From Chloroflexota bacterium (GTDB taxonomy: Bacteria; Chloroflexota; UBA11872; VXOZ01), in NCBI GenBank assembly GCA_964291655.2, contig OZ219802.1, positions 512,001 to 576,000 of the forward strand: DNA of 64,000 bases. Direction: 5' to 3'. Positions 10,349-20,241 of the stretch are shown piece by piece. A program made the translations under genes and the position numbers. The notes beneath the pieces were generated by a model. It worked only from the letters and a program-made list of their open reading frames with translations. It did no database searches and had not been told where the DNA came from. Position 1 is the first letter of the stretch. Each line of letters begins with the position of its first letter.

Positions 10349-10539
10349 GTAGGGGCGGTTCGCGAACCGCCCCTACGTGCAATACACACTCCCAGCAGTC
10401 TATGCATCGCGAATACGGTAGGGGCACGACATGTCGTGCCCCTACATATCTCGACCGATCAAGTCATATCGGCAATCAGCACCCGACCATGCTCAAAATC
10501 TGACAGCCAACGTAGGGGCGGTTCGCGAACCGCCCCTAC
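10349..10539. repeat. cluster of three GTAG-type REP palindromes (28 bp each)
   Basis: Perfect palindromes GTAGGGGCGGTTCGCGAACCGCCCCTAC at 10349-10376 and 10512-10539, GTAGGGGCACGACATGTCGTGCCCCTAC at 10418-10445; between convergent genes. Confidence 0.9.
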
Positions 10540-10576
10540 GCAGGCACCCAATTCTAACGCAGTTGGCCATAGCTGT

Positions 10577-11836
10577 TCACACCAGCGGGTCGAGAATGCT
10601 CTCGTATCCGGGCACAAAGAGGCGTTGATAGGTCCGTTCCGCCTGAAAGTCGGTCATTGTAGCAATATAGTCGCAGGCCACGCGCCGACGCTGAGCATCG
10701 TCTCTGGCCGCGGCAAAACTATCCTGAAACTCCAGGGGATACATGGCCGCGCTCGCCTCATCCTGAAAGACGGCAAAAAGCCGTTCGACCATGTGGCGAG
10801 CTCTGTAGGCCAGCGTTGTCACCCGAGGTTCGGCAAACACCAAGACAAAGGCGACCTGCTTGAGCACTTCGCAGCGCCGTTCCTGAGCGTCCGGGACCAT
10901 GAGGCCGTAGCGATATCGCTCCGACTGGCCGTCTGTCCATCCCAACCGGGGCGCGCCCTGAGCGCAGCGTACAAACTCGTTGATCAAGCCTGAGGTCAAG
11001 CCCTTGAGCGCGGCACGCGCGTGCCGCGGCGTGGGCAATCCTTCCAACTCGATCAGGCGGGCAGCCAGCCAGTCTAGTTCTCGCACTACATCATCAGGCG
11101 ACCATGCGTGTCCGCGTTCCTCGGCACTTTCCCGCACGCGTTGAATGACCGCATCTTGGTTCGAAGGCCGCCGCAGGTGTTGCAACGTAATCATCCCGAC
11201 GTGAATACCGTCTTCCAGATCGTGCGCTGAATACGCCACATCATCGGCCCAATTCATGATCTGGCACTCAAATGAACGCTCCACCGGCGAGCCGTTTGCG
11301 CAGACCCACGCGAGCAAGGGCGCATCCTCGGCGTAGCAGGACTTGCTCAGATTGGGTTGCGAGCCGTGGAGCGCTTTGTACTTCAGGAGACCATCCAATA
11401 CGCTGCGGGTGAGATTGAGGCCCACGTAGCGGTCCGATTTCACTTCGAGCTGGGTGAGAACACGCAAGTTTTGCGCGTTCGCCTCAAAGCTGCCATGCGC
11501 TGCCATACCTGCACGCAAGACTTGCTCACCGTAATGGCCGAACGGTGGATGACCGATGTCGTGAGCCAGGCAAATCGCTTCCACCAACGTCGAATCAACG
11601 CCTAACCGCATCGCCAGCCCTTTGCCGATTTGGGCCACCTCCAATGAATGGGTTAGCCGGGTGCGAAAGAAATCGCCGTACCGCACGCCGAACACCTGCG
11701 TCTTGCCTTGCAGCCGCCGGAAAGCGGCGCTGTGAATTATGCGGGCGCGGTCGCGTTCGAACTCTTCGCGCTCGTCGGCGACCTTGGCTTCTTCAGGCCG
11801 GAAGCGCTCCCGGTCATGTGGCGTGTAAGTAAACAC
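10577..11836 (-). CDS. dgt: deoxyguanosinetriphosphate triphosphohydrolase (HD-domain dGTPase)
   Basis: DRARIIHSAAFRRLQGKTQV, RTRLTHSLEV, AHDIGHPPFGH, ADDVAYSAHDLED, DYIATMTD; GGAG RBS before GTG 11836. Confidence 0.92.
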   Translation of the reverse strand: MFTYTPHDRERFRPEEAKVADEREEFERDRARIIHSAAFRRLQGKTQVFGVRYGDFFRTRLTHSLEVAQIGKGLAMRLGVDSTLVEAICLAHDIGHPPFGHYGEQVLRAGMAAHGSFEANAQNLRVLTQLEVKSDRYVGLNLTRSVLDGLLKYKALHGSQPNLSKSCYAEDAPLLAWVCANGSPVERSFECQIMNWADDVAYSAHDLEDGIHVGMITLQHLRRPSNQDAVIQRVRESAEERGHAWSPDDVVRELDWLAARLIELEGLPTPRHARAALKGLTSGLINEFVRCAQGAPRLGWTDGQSERYRYGLMVPDAQERRCEVLKQVAFVLVFAEPRVTTLAYRARHMVERLFAVFQDEASAAMYPLEFQDSFAAARDDAQRRRVACDYIATMTDFQAERTYQRLFVPGYESILDPLV

Positions 11837-12391
11837 GATTCTCCACTTCAGCGAGGCAAAATGAAAGGGCTGCTTGCGTACAGAGGCCGCCTCGCCCAAT
11901 ACGTCTACCTTAGACTGAAGGCGCGGCACCCACAAGCACGGGGCAGGTGCCCGAGTCTCACGTCTTGCCGGCGCCGGAAGCGGCGTCTCTGTGCCTCTGC
12001 ATTGCGGTCAATCCATCCGGCAGGTCCGCGGAGGCTAGGCACCCATGGCTGAAAATGCGGGCGCTTCATTGGTATGTCAGCAAGGTCGCTGCAAAAAGTG
12101 TGGAAACCGTAAGACAACCCAGCGCGTTGCGGCATGCACCCAGTAGCAGAGTCTTACCAATCATCCGCAGCGGCTCGTGATCCTGCGCGACTTCTGCTTT
12201 GCAGACATGGGCCGGCGCTTGGCTCGAGACTCCTATTCATGTGCTGCGCGAGATGAGTTGAGTTGCTCTGTCGCCCCTCACAGCCGGAGTCACGCAACTC
12301 TCATCTGCCAATGACTTTTTGCGAGATCCCGTTGCTACCCAGCAGACGGGAAGGCCGCGTGGCAGCACTCGAAATGGGATCGGAAAAGAGT

Positions 12392-12420
12392 TTGACAGCC
12401 GCTCCAACTCCCCGTACCCT
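12392..12420 (+). promoter_or_regulatory. putative sigma70 promoter of the symporter gene
   Basis: TTGACA-17 bp-TACCCT, about 50 bp upstream of the start codon. Confidence 0.5.
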
Positions 12421-12469
12421 ATACACATCTTTTCGTGATACAACGTAGTACAAGGAAAGAGGAAATGCC

Positions 12470-13984
12470 GTGTCACAGTTAGACCAATCGCTCCTCATAT
12501 TCTTCATTGTCTATGTCTTAGTAGTCATAGGGATTTCGCTTTACCGCACCAACCAAACGCAAGAGATGGCGGACCACGTGCTTGCAGGCAGGCGTGTGGG
12601 CGCAATCACAACCGGTCTGAGCGCGAGCTCGTCATTGGAGCGCGGTTGGGCGCTGTTTATACTGCCCGCGATTGCCTTCGGTTTGCGCTTTTTGGTAGTG
12701 GGAATGGCAATCGCGATTATTCTCGGCTTGTGGGCAACCTGGAAGTTGATCGGGCCCCGGCTGCGCCGCTTTACATACGCTGCTCAAAATGCGCTCACTC
12801 TGCCGGAATTCTTGGAGCGGCGCTTCAATGACCGCACCGGTGTCTTACGCGTACTTGCGGCCATCCTAACGCTGCTGTTCGTACTATTCTATGTGAGCGC
12901 GGGTATCATGGCCGGCGGCATTCTCTTCAGTATTGCGTTCGGTGTGAGCACCACAGTTGGTGGACTCATAACAGTACTCGTCGTGCTGGCATACATTTTC
13001 ATCGGTGGCTACGTGGTGGTCGCGCGCACGGATGTCTTTCAAAGCCTCATTACGTTGCTTGGCGTGGTGGTCCTGGCCGTCGCCGTGTACGTGGTCACTG
13101 ACAACCCGACTGCAGGCATTGCAGACTCCTTCGGCGATACCTTCGGTACCATTGGCGATAGAGTAAATGTATTCCTCTTTGTGCTCTTTTTGGTGGCAAC
13201 AGTGCAAGGAGCGTTTGGCGCGCAGCGGCTGTTGCAGCGCTTCATGGCAGCCGAGAGCGAAGCCATCATGGATACCAGTCGCCGGCTAAGCACGCTATGG
13301 ATCTTCATCATCTTTGCCTTCAGCGTCGTTCTCGGACTTTTCGCCGAGAACGCCTTGCCGCAAGGGGGAATTCGCCTGGTTTTGTCCGGCGGTTCTGCCA
13401 GTGAGAATGGGATTCAGTTCTTCTACTGGTTGGCTGATCTCATTGATAGTCCCATCCTGGGCGCTATTGCCCTCACCGCCGTTGTCGCTGCGGTGATGAG
13501 CACGATCGACTCGCAGATGCTCATTGGCGCAAGTGTCGCCACTTCCGACCTGCCGCTCGTACGCAGGTATGCGCAGCGCAAGCGCTTTGAATTCGTCCTA
13601 GGCGCTTACATGCGTGTCTGGATTGGACGCCTGATGCTGATTCTCATCGGTGTCGCGGCCTGGCTGCTCGCATTGAGCCAGCCCAACTCAATCGTCACCT
13701 TTTTGGTTTATGCCTGGTTGGGCACGAGCTGTACGTTCGGGCCGGTAGTCTTTCTATCACTCTTTTGGCGCCGGTTCAACCTCTATGGCGCAATGGCCGC
13801 GCTCTTTGCCGGCGGGCTCTTGACCCTGGTGTGTGCGTTCATGGATGTCAGGTTCATCGTCTTTGGCGTACTTACGCTCGGCATATTGCCGATAGCCGTG
13901 CTGTTCACGCTCGTAACCAAAGCTCCGTCTGCCAAGGTGCAAGAAGCGTTTGATCAAGGCATAGCCAAGACCGAGGCCGCATAG
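12470..13984 (+). CDS. sodium:solute symporter (PutP-like)
   Basis: LAGRRVG, TLPEFLERRF, GGYVVVARTD, AAVMSTIDSQ, LSLFWRR motifs; about 13 TM segments. Confidence 0.9.
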   Translation: MSQLDQSLLIFFIVYVLVVIGISLYRTNQTQEMADHVLAGRRVGAITTGLSASSSLERGWALFILPAIAFGLRFLVVGMAIAIILGLWATWKLIGPRLRRFTYAAQNALTLPEFLERRFNDRTGVLRVLAAILTLLFVLFYVSAGIMAGGILFSIAFGVSTTVGGLITVLVVLAYIFIGGYVVVARTDVFQSLITLLGVVVLAVAVYVVTDNPTAGIADSFGDTFGTIGDRVNVFLFVLFLVATVQGAFGAQRLLQRFMAAESEAIMDTSRRLSTLWIFIIFAFSVVLGLFAENALPQGGIRLVLSGGSASENGIQFFYWLADLIDSPILGAIALTAVVAAVMSTIDSQMLIGASVATSDLPLVRRYAQRKRFEFVLGAYMRVWIGRLMLILIGVAAWLLALSQPNSIVTFLVYAWLGTSCTFGPVVFLSLFWRRFNLYGAMAALFAGGLLTLVCAFMDVRFIVFGVLTLGILPIAVLFTLVTKAPSAKVQEAFDQGIAKTEAA

Positions 13985-14366
13985 GCACGCACAGAGACAA
14001 TCTCCCACTAGGGCAAGACGAGTTTTCCCTCGTGTGCGCTGGCAGCGGATGCAAAGATCCGAGGGCGCAGGGCATTTGCCAAGACTTGGCACCCCGACTG
14101 CCTCCTGGCACAGCGGCGAACGTGGTCTCTGCCCCGTTACCGTGGCAGCGCTTGCAGTACCTGAGGCAGCCGCGCTGGTCGAATAGACCATGAATCGGAA
14201 AACACACACAGAGTGCGCGGAGCGAGACATTCGGCTCGTGTGCTTTGCTTTCCTTAATCCTGGAACATGGTCAACCACGCACCCAGGCACTTCAAGCCCC
14301 TCTTGTCTGCTATTGTATTCACAACCAGCAGGTCCCAAACCGCAAAGCGCAGAAACGAGGTAGCAG

Positions 14367-15287
14367 ATGCAATCGGTTTCAGCAGGCCAAGCGATTGCGA
14401 TCGCTTGGAATCAAGAATTAGCCGAAGCCCCTTGGACTAAACGTGACTCGATGGGCTGGGCCGTCTTCCAAGACAAGATGTGGTTCCTGGGCGGCTTTAT
14501 CCCCACTCGAGTCAATGACGTCTGGTCGTCTGGCGACGGCGTCAATTGGGAAGAGGTGACGCCCGCCGCGCCTTGGCCCAAGCGCAACCTGCCCTGTACG
14601 CTCGTTTACGCTGACAAGCTCTGGATCTTCGCCGGTGCGGATAACCCGCACGTCTCACTTAGCGATGTCTGGTGTTCGGGCGACGGCAAGCATTGGGAGG
14701 CCGCAACGCTAGACGCGCCGTGGGGCAAACGGAGTGCCGCTTCAGCAGTCGTATTCGACGGCAGAATGTGGCTATTCGGCGGATTCGACATCGAGAAGTC
14801 TCACCACTATCAGGACGTTTGGACCTCGACCGACGGCAAGCACTGGGACCTGGTGGAAGAGCACGCGCCATGGAGCGCCCGCAGCATGCAGACCTCCGTC
14901 GTCTTCAATGACAAGATGTGGTTCATGGGCGGCGGTGTATACAACACGAACTACCCCAATAACACCGTTGTCAACCACAACGACGTCTGGTGTACGACCG
15001 ACGGCACATCGTGGGATATGGTGGCAGTGACCGCAGCCTGGCAGGAGCGGCGCTTCCACGCATCCGCCGTGTATGACGACAAGATGTGGGTCATCGGGGG
15101 CCACCATAACGGCAACCGCAACGACGTGTGGTTCTCCCCGGACGGCGCGCAGTGGACGGAAGCCGTGGGCGACCCCATCTGGCCCATTCGCCACGCGCCG
15201 GTCTGCCTCACATACCGCGACAAGCTGTGGGTGATAGGCGGCTTTGGCGACACCCTCTACAACGACGTGTGGTCATACCAGCGGTAA
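14367..15287 (+). CDS. Kelch-like beta-propeller repeat protein
   Basis: About 6 repeats of R-x(4-5)-V[FY]xxK[ML]WxxGG...NDVWxSxDGxxW. Confidence 0.85.
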   Translation: MQSVSAGQAIAIAWNQELAEAPWTKRDSMGWAVFQDKMWFLGGFIPTRVNDVWSSGDGVNWEEVTPAAPWPKRNLPCTLVYADKLWIFAGADNPHVSLSDVWCSGDGKHWEAATLDAPWGKRSAASAVVFDGRMWLFGGFDIEKSHHYQDVWTSTDGKHWDLVEEHAPWSARSMQTSVVFNDKMWFMGGGVYNTNYPNNTVVNHNDVWCTTDGTSWDMVAVTAAWQERRFHASAVYDDKMWVIGGHHNGNRNDVWFSPDGAQWTEAVGDPIWPIRHAPVCLTYRDKLWVIGGFGDTLYNDVWSYQR

Positions 15288-15292
15288 GACCC

Positions 15293-17092
15293 ATGAGAAT
15301 CACTGCCGGCCCCTACCTGCAGAATGTGGCGAGGGACGCCATCACAATCATGTGGCAGACCGACGAGCCCGCCACGTCCCTTGTGGAATACGAGAAGAGC
15401 GCCAGACTTGGCTGGAGCGCCTATGCTGGCAGACCGCAGCCAACGTATCCGTGCCGCGAGGCAGACCACGCACTGCGCACGGTTCACGCCGTGCGTCTCA
15501 CGGGCTTGGAGCCCGAACAGGGCTACTTCTACCGGGTCTCTTCCTCTTTCCCCGAAGACCTTTGCGAAACTCAGCCAAGAAGCCGCAACCAAGCGAGCGC
15601 TGCGCCATCCACTCCCTCTCTCTCGGGCGCGCCGTCCACTCCCTCTCCCCCGGGCACGCCGTCCACTCCCTCTCCCTGGGGAGAGGGCCGGGGTGAGGGG
15701 GTCTCCTCCCCTGCCGGCCGGGAGTATGCGAATCGCTCTCCCGGTAGCGTAACAGTCACCTCAGCCGGCGCCAGCTTTCGCACGGCCGTGCGCGAGGACT
15801 CGCCTTTCTCCTTCGCCACCTACGGCGACAGTCTGCGCGTCAATGACGCCCACCGCCGCAATGCCGACCTTGCCCGCGCCTATCGGGCGGACATCTGTGT
15901 CGGCGCCGGAGACCATGCTCAGGATGAGATAGCGCGCTTTGGCGACTTCTTCGCCTGTACAGAAAACCTGCTGCCGTACGCCCCGTGGTTCGCGGCGATG
16001 GGAAATCACGACTCGCCCAATGAAGGGTACTTTCGTTATTTCAATTTTCCAGAACCCCACTATTGGTATTCCTTCAACTACGGCGCGGCGCACTTCACTG
16101 TGCTCAATAGCAACATGGACTACCGGCCGGGCTCCGAGCAGTGGCACTGGCTGGAGCACGACCTCAAGACCTTTCAGAATGCGCGCTGGAAGTTCGTCGT
16201 TTTCCATCATCCGCCGTTTTGTTCGAACAACTGCGAGATTCCGGCGACCCGTGTGCTCTGCCCCTTGTTCGAACGCTACGGCGTGGATATCGTCTACACC
16301 GCCCATGCGACGATTTACGAGCGGTTTCATCCGCTGCGCAATGGGCAGTACGCCAGCCAGGGCGGCGTTGTCTATTTCGTGTCCGGCGGCGGCGGCTACG
16401 ACATGAGGCTGTCGCCAAGCGAACTCTGGGACCACCTGCACCCCGTCTCTGCGCTGGCAAAGCCCACGAACCATATTCTGCTGACCTCGGTGGCGCCCGA
16501 TGAGTGTCAGGTACGTGCCATAGATTCCGTTGGCAATCTGTTCGACACACTGACATTGAGCAAACCTGAAGCGGCGCTCGCTCCACTTCCTGCCGCCAGC
16601 CCACAGTATTCCTTCCCCGATCTCCCTCCAGCAGGCACAGTGGTCGCCGGCATGACGGAAGGGGCGGCGCGCTGGATATTGCCGCGAAACCAATTCTCAC
16701 GCGATACGGCGACGACACGCTCCAGTGAACAAAGCATTCGCTGGCACCGGTCCGGTGAAGCACCCGTTGTCCCGGCGATTCGCCGCGTGCTCAAGGACGA
16801 CGGCAAGCTCTTGGCAGATGCTGCCGGCAAGCGCTACGCGCTCGAAGCCTGGGTGCGCACAGAAGATGTGCGCGGCGGCATGACAATCTCGCTTGAGTGG
16901 AGCGGCGACATGGGGTTCATTGATCGCGTGCAATCGCAACCACTTACCGGGACGCATGGTTGGACGCGACTCCAGGTTTGCACGCCGCCCTTACCACCTT
17001 ATGTCTACTGCTGCCGCGTCGTGCTCTCAGCTCAGCCTGGTTCTGCGGGTACTGCCTGGTTCGATAACATCACCGTGGAGGAACTCGACTAG
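15293..17092 (+). CDS. purple-acid-phosphatase-like metallophosphoesterase (FN3-like N-domain, CBM-like C-domain) with in-frame repeat insertion
   Basis: GPYLQ start, HAVRLTGLEP..YFYRV, YGD, GD, GNHD, HHPP, YER, SGGGG; C-terminal GTHGW...AWFDNI; ATG 15293 just after the upstream stop. Confidence 0.85.
   Translation: MRITAGPYLQNVARDAITIMWQTDEPATSLVEYEKSARLGWSAYAGRPQPTYPCREADHALRTVHAVRLTGLEPEQGYFYRVSSSFPEDLCETQPRSRNQASAAPSTPSLSGAPSTPSPPGTPSTPSPWGEGRGEGVSSPAGREYANRSPGSVTVTSAGASFRTAVREDSPFSFATYGDSLRVNDAHRRNADLARAYRADICVGAGDHAQDEIARFGDFFACTENLLPYAPWFAAMGNHDSPNEGYFRYFNFPEPHYWYSFNYGAAHFTVLNSNMDYRPGSEQWHWLEHDLKTFQNARWKFVVFHHPPFCSNNCEIPATRVLCPLFERYGVDIVYTAHATIYERFHPLRNGQYASQGGVVYFVSGGGGYDMRLSPSELWDHLHPVSALAKPTNHILLTSVAPDECQVRAIDSVGNLFDTLTLSKPEAALAPLPAASPQYSFPDLPPAGTVVAGMTEGAARWILPRNQFSRDTATTRSSEQSIRWHRSGEAPVVPAIRRVLKDDGKLLADAAGKRYALEAWVRTEDVRGGMTISLEWSGDMGFIDRVQSQPLTGTHGWTRLQVCTPPLPPYVYCCRVVLSAQPGSAGTAWFDNITVEELD
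15554..15741 (+). mobile_element. degenerate IS5-type MITE copy inserted in frame in the phosphatase gene
   Basis: Left end GAAGACCTTTGCG, internal CCCTCTCCC-TG-GGGAGAGGGCCGGGGTGAGGG hairpin, three 27-bp tandem units, decayed right end GTATGCGAATCGCTCTCC. Confidence 0.65.
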
Positions 17093-17283
17093 AACTTTCT
17101 CTGCCTCATGAATAGTGCGCTCTCTTGGATTCATTGCCCCCTGCGAACAGTGGAAGACTCTACTTTAGCGGCTGACTGGAGTGTCCATTGGCGCAAACGC
17201 AAGCCTTTAGCCCCGGCCAGAATGCTGTTTCCGTCCTTAGAATCAGCGATTTTTCTTCGAATGCTGAGCCGTAGAGAGCAGTA

Positions 17284-17312
17284 TTGACGACGAAAACTCC
17301 TTGTGCGATACT
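17284..17312 (+). promoter_or_regulatory. putative sigma70 promoter
   Basis: TTGACG-17 bp-GATACT with TG extended -10, upstream of the SBP gene. Confidence 0.5.
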
Positions 17313-17442
17313 ACTGCTACCCGAACAAGCGTGAAAATAGGGGGAAAGGAGGCTATTCCGCCCTACGGGCCAGAGAGTTCCATCAGTATAGTCCCGTTAA
17401 GTGTCACTTCACGGGGAAGTGGCTGAATTAGGAGTTTAGATA

Positions 17443-18834
17443 ATGGAAGAGAAGCGACACGTCTTTTCCCGCCGCGGAATCTTGGTGGGCGCAGGCGGTC
17501 TCGGTGGTGTAGTCTTCTTGGCAGCTTGCGGCGCAGTTCCGGTTGCGCAGACTGGCGAGATGGCCGAAGACAAAGAGCCAGAGCCTGAGGCCAAAGAAGA
17601 GGTGGCGATGGAAGAGAAGATCATGCGGATTGACGAGACCTTCGTCGAATCCGATGGTCGCTATCAGGCGTTCCGGAATACCTTGGCGCAGGCCGAGGAA
17701 GCGCTGGGCATCAAGACCGAGGTCGTCCCCGGCGAGTACGGCACGATTTGGGAACGACGGCAGACGAACCATGCGGCCGGACAGGCCGACGTGGACCTCT
17801 CTATCAACCAGATCAACTGGTACGGCTATGGTGGCTTGCGGGGCATTTTCCCGGACCACATCCCTTACTTCCAGCGCGACAAGATTTCGTTGGAAGATTA
17901 CTTTCAAGCCGACCTGCGATCTTGGACCTGGCAGAATAAGCTCTACGCCGTACCCATGCAGTCCGGCGGCGAAGTGGTGCTCTTCAACAAGGAGTACTTC
18001 GACGAAGCCGGCCTGAACTACCCCGGCGGTGATTGGACTTACGACGACCTGCTCGCCATGGCCGAGCGGCTCCATAAGCCGGACGACGGCCGCTGGGCGA
18101 TGCAAGTGGGCCAGAATAGCCTCTGGTACATGGGCGGCACCTTCCTGCTCAACCATGGCGGGGCCATCATGAACGAGAACGACACCAAGGCGCTCTACGG
18201 TGAAGACCCATTGTCGCTGCGCGGCGCTCAGTTTAATGTGGACCTTCACCTCAAGCACCGGTACACACCTTCCAGCGAAGACATCCAGAAGGTTACTGCC
18301 GGTAGGTCCGGCATCGGCATTCTCGAGGTAAGAGCCCTTGCCATGGAGTTCAACGGCATGTTCCGTTACAACGCCGCCAAGTCGCACTTGGAGGACGCGT
18401 TGGATATTGCCATGCCGCCGCGGGACCAGAACCAGACTGCTACCCTGGTTGGGAATGGCTATTCTCTCATGACTCTCTCGCCGGACCAGGAAACCGCTTG
18501 GAGCTTCCTCAAGTACATCCACAGCGACGAGGGCGCCGAGGAAACCGACTACTTCGGCTACATTGCCTGGCCGCCGGTCATCCGGCACGGCCTGTTCCCG
18601 AAGTGGGCAGCACGCTACGAAGGCACGCAGGTAGAGCAGGTTGTGAACGGTTGGGCCGCCGGCGGCCGCCCGTTCCCGCGTGTGCTGGAATTCAGCGAAG
18701 CCTTTGGCCCGTCTAACGCGCCCTGGTATCAAGCCCTAAGCGGTGAAATCACCGTGGCCGAGGGTCTGCGCCAGTCCGCTGACATTCTCAACGAGGTCCT
18801 CGATCGCCGCCCCGAAGAGTATCGGGAAGGATAA
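17443..18834 (+). CDS. ABC transporter extracellular solute-binding lipoprotein (carbohydrate-type), Tat signal
   Basis: SRRGIL twin-arginine plus LAAC lipobox; KLYAVP, FNKEYFDEAGL, WTYDDLL, AWSFLKY. Confidence 0.9.
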   Translation: MEEKRHVFSRRGILVGAGGLGGVVFLAACGAVPVAQTGEMAEDKEPEPEAKEEVAMEEKIMRIDETFVESDGRYQAFRNTLAQAEEALGIKTEVVPGEYGTIWERRQTNHAAGQADVDLSINQINWYGYGGLRGIFPDHIPYFQRDKISLEDYFQADLRSWTWQNKLYAVPMQSGGEVVLFNKEYFDEAGLNYPGGDWTYDDLLAMAERLHKPDDGRWAMQVGQNSLWYMGGTFLLNHGGAIMNENDTKALYGEDPLSLRGAQFNVDLHLKHRYTPSSEDIQKVTAGRSGIGILEVRALAMEFNGMFRYNAAKSHLEDALDIAMPPRDQNQTATLVGNGYSLMTLSPDQETAWSFLKYIHSDEGAEETDYFGYIAWPPVIRHGLFPKWAARYEGTQVEQVVNGWAAGGRPFPRVLEFSEAFGPSNAPWYQALSGEITVAEGLRQSADILNEVLDRRPEEYREG

Positions 18835-18885
18835 GCCCGACCCTTTGGGTACGCGAAACTGATCTCCATGCTTGGAGAATGACGA

Positions 18886-18913
18886 GTAGGGGCACGACAT
18901 GTCGTGCCCCTAC
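18886..18913. repeat. GTAG-type REP palindrome
   Basis: Identical to the 10418-10445 copy, downstream of the SBP stop. Confidence 0.9.
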
Positions 18914-19299
18914 TTTCGTCTTCAAAACACTTGCCCCCTAACATCGACTTGATAGTTCAATCAACACTTCTTGTCGGACTTGCCGCCCGCTAACCGTCAG
19001 AAATCGCCGTCAATGCGCAGCCGCACGTGCTCTCGCCGCTCGCTCGCAACACTACGCCGACGGGAGTCTCTGCTAAGCGTCTCGTCATTGCCTCTGTTCC
19101 CTGCACTTTGACTAGACAAGCCAGAGAAGACGCCAACTGCCTTGCGGCGATGCCTAAGACTCTCCCGCTTGTCCCGTCCATTTCCAACGAATGCTTGTGG
19201 GTATATAATCGCATTGGTAAACTACGCCGAGAAACAAAACCGGTGCATCTAAAGACAGAGCGTTTCCAATCTGTGCACAATCCGGGTAAGGAGCACTCC

Positions 19300-20214
19300 A
19301 TGGCTGTGTCGAACAAGGTATTCTTCTCCTATTTCGTCGACTGCGAGCCGCTGGCGGCCAAGTCGCCCCGCTGCGGCGGCCCCGCCTCGTGGGAAGTGAG
19401 CGAGCGCACCGTGCGCGCCATTCGCCAGTCCTTCGAATCGCACGGCCTGCTGCCCGCGGTCACCTTTAACCTCACGCCCGAAGCAGCCAAGGCCCACGCC
19501 GACATGATGCGGGAGTGGCACAGCGATGGCGTGAACATAGGAATCCAACCCAATGTCCCCGGCTTTCGCTATCCCAAGTACGAAAACGACCTCGGAGAGT
19601 ATGACGAGGCGACGCAACGCCAGATCATCGCCGAAGCCACGGAAGACTTCGAGACAGCACTAGGTTTCCGCTCGGATACGTATTGTGCATGCTGCGGCTC
19701 GAAGAGCCCGGTCACGCTGCGCCTACTGTATGAAGCAGGCTACAGGCAATATATTGCGCCCGCGCCGGGCCGCTATTTCCCGGACCGGCCGGACCGCTGC
19801 ACGGAAGGCGACTACCCGTACCCCCATTGGGGCAGCGCGCAGCACCACGTGCTGGGCGGAGCTCTGCCAATCTGCGTGATTTCCTGCAGTGGTGAAATGA
19901 GCGGCGGCCGCTGGGCACGCCCCCGCGACCTGCGCTCTGAAGAGCCCGTAAGCGAGGAGAGCCGCGAACTCTACCGCACCATCATCGACTGGAACCTAGA
20001 GCTTTCCGGTCTCATTCAGACGCCGGTGCGGGCGATCGTTGGCGCCACGCACAACTCTGAGAAAGTCAATATCCCGAATGTCGATTATGTCCTGGAGTAC
20101 ATCCAGGAAGCGACTGAAAGAGAGGGGCTGGAGCTCGTACCGGCTTCATTCCCCATGATTCATGAGGCGCTTGAAGAGGCCCTGCCGCTTTCTGAAGCGA
20201 TGTTGCCGGCTTAA
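19300..20214 (+). CDS. polysaccharide deacetylase-like (NodB-fold) protein
   Basis: FVDCE, VTFNLTPE, QRQIIAEATEDFETALG, LYEAGY, THN; AAGGAG RBS before ATG 19300. Confidence 0.65.
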   Translation: MAVSNKVFFSYFVDCEPLAAKSPRCGGPASWEVSERTVRAIRQSFESHGLLPAVTFNLTPEAAKAHADMMREWHSDGVNIGIQPNVPGFRYPKYENDLGEYDEATQRQIIAEATEDFETALGFRSDTYCACCGSKSPVTLRLLYEAGYRQYIAPAPGRYFPDRPDRCTEGDYPYPHWGSAQHHVLGGALPICVISCSGEMSGGRWARPRDLRSEEPVSEESRELYRTIIDWNLELSGLIQTPVRAIVGATHNSEKVNIPNVDYVLEYIQEATEREGLELVPASFPMIHEALEEALPLSEAMLPA

Positions 20215-20241
20215 GATAATTCGAATGTGGAGGCAAAACCC

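Noticed and set aside
10349-10539. Possible mini CRISPR array
   Set aside because: The repeats alternate in sequence, are full palindromes, have unequal spacers (41 and 66 bp), and no cas genes are present; they fit GTAG REPs.
10346-10993. 215-aa ORF with repeated VGAVREPPL
   Set aside because: Translation of REP palindromes plus the antisense strand of dgt; not a gene.
10577-11836. dGTPase as an anti-phage defence gene
   Set aside because: Looks like the ordinary housekeeping dgt family; no defence-island context.
11837-12391. Riboswitch or ncRNA in the long dgt-symporter spacer (imperfect hairpin 12251-12306)
   Set aside because: I could not match any known riboswitch consensus by eye; an Rfam/Infernal scan would be needed.
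15128-15292. N-terminal extension of the phosphoesterase ORF as given in the ORF track
   Set aside because: It overlaps the Kelch gene; the family-typical start MRITAGPYLQ lies at 15293.
17428-18732. 434-aa minus-strand ORF
   Set aside because: Antisense mirror of the clearly real solute-binding protein gene; expected from codon bias.
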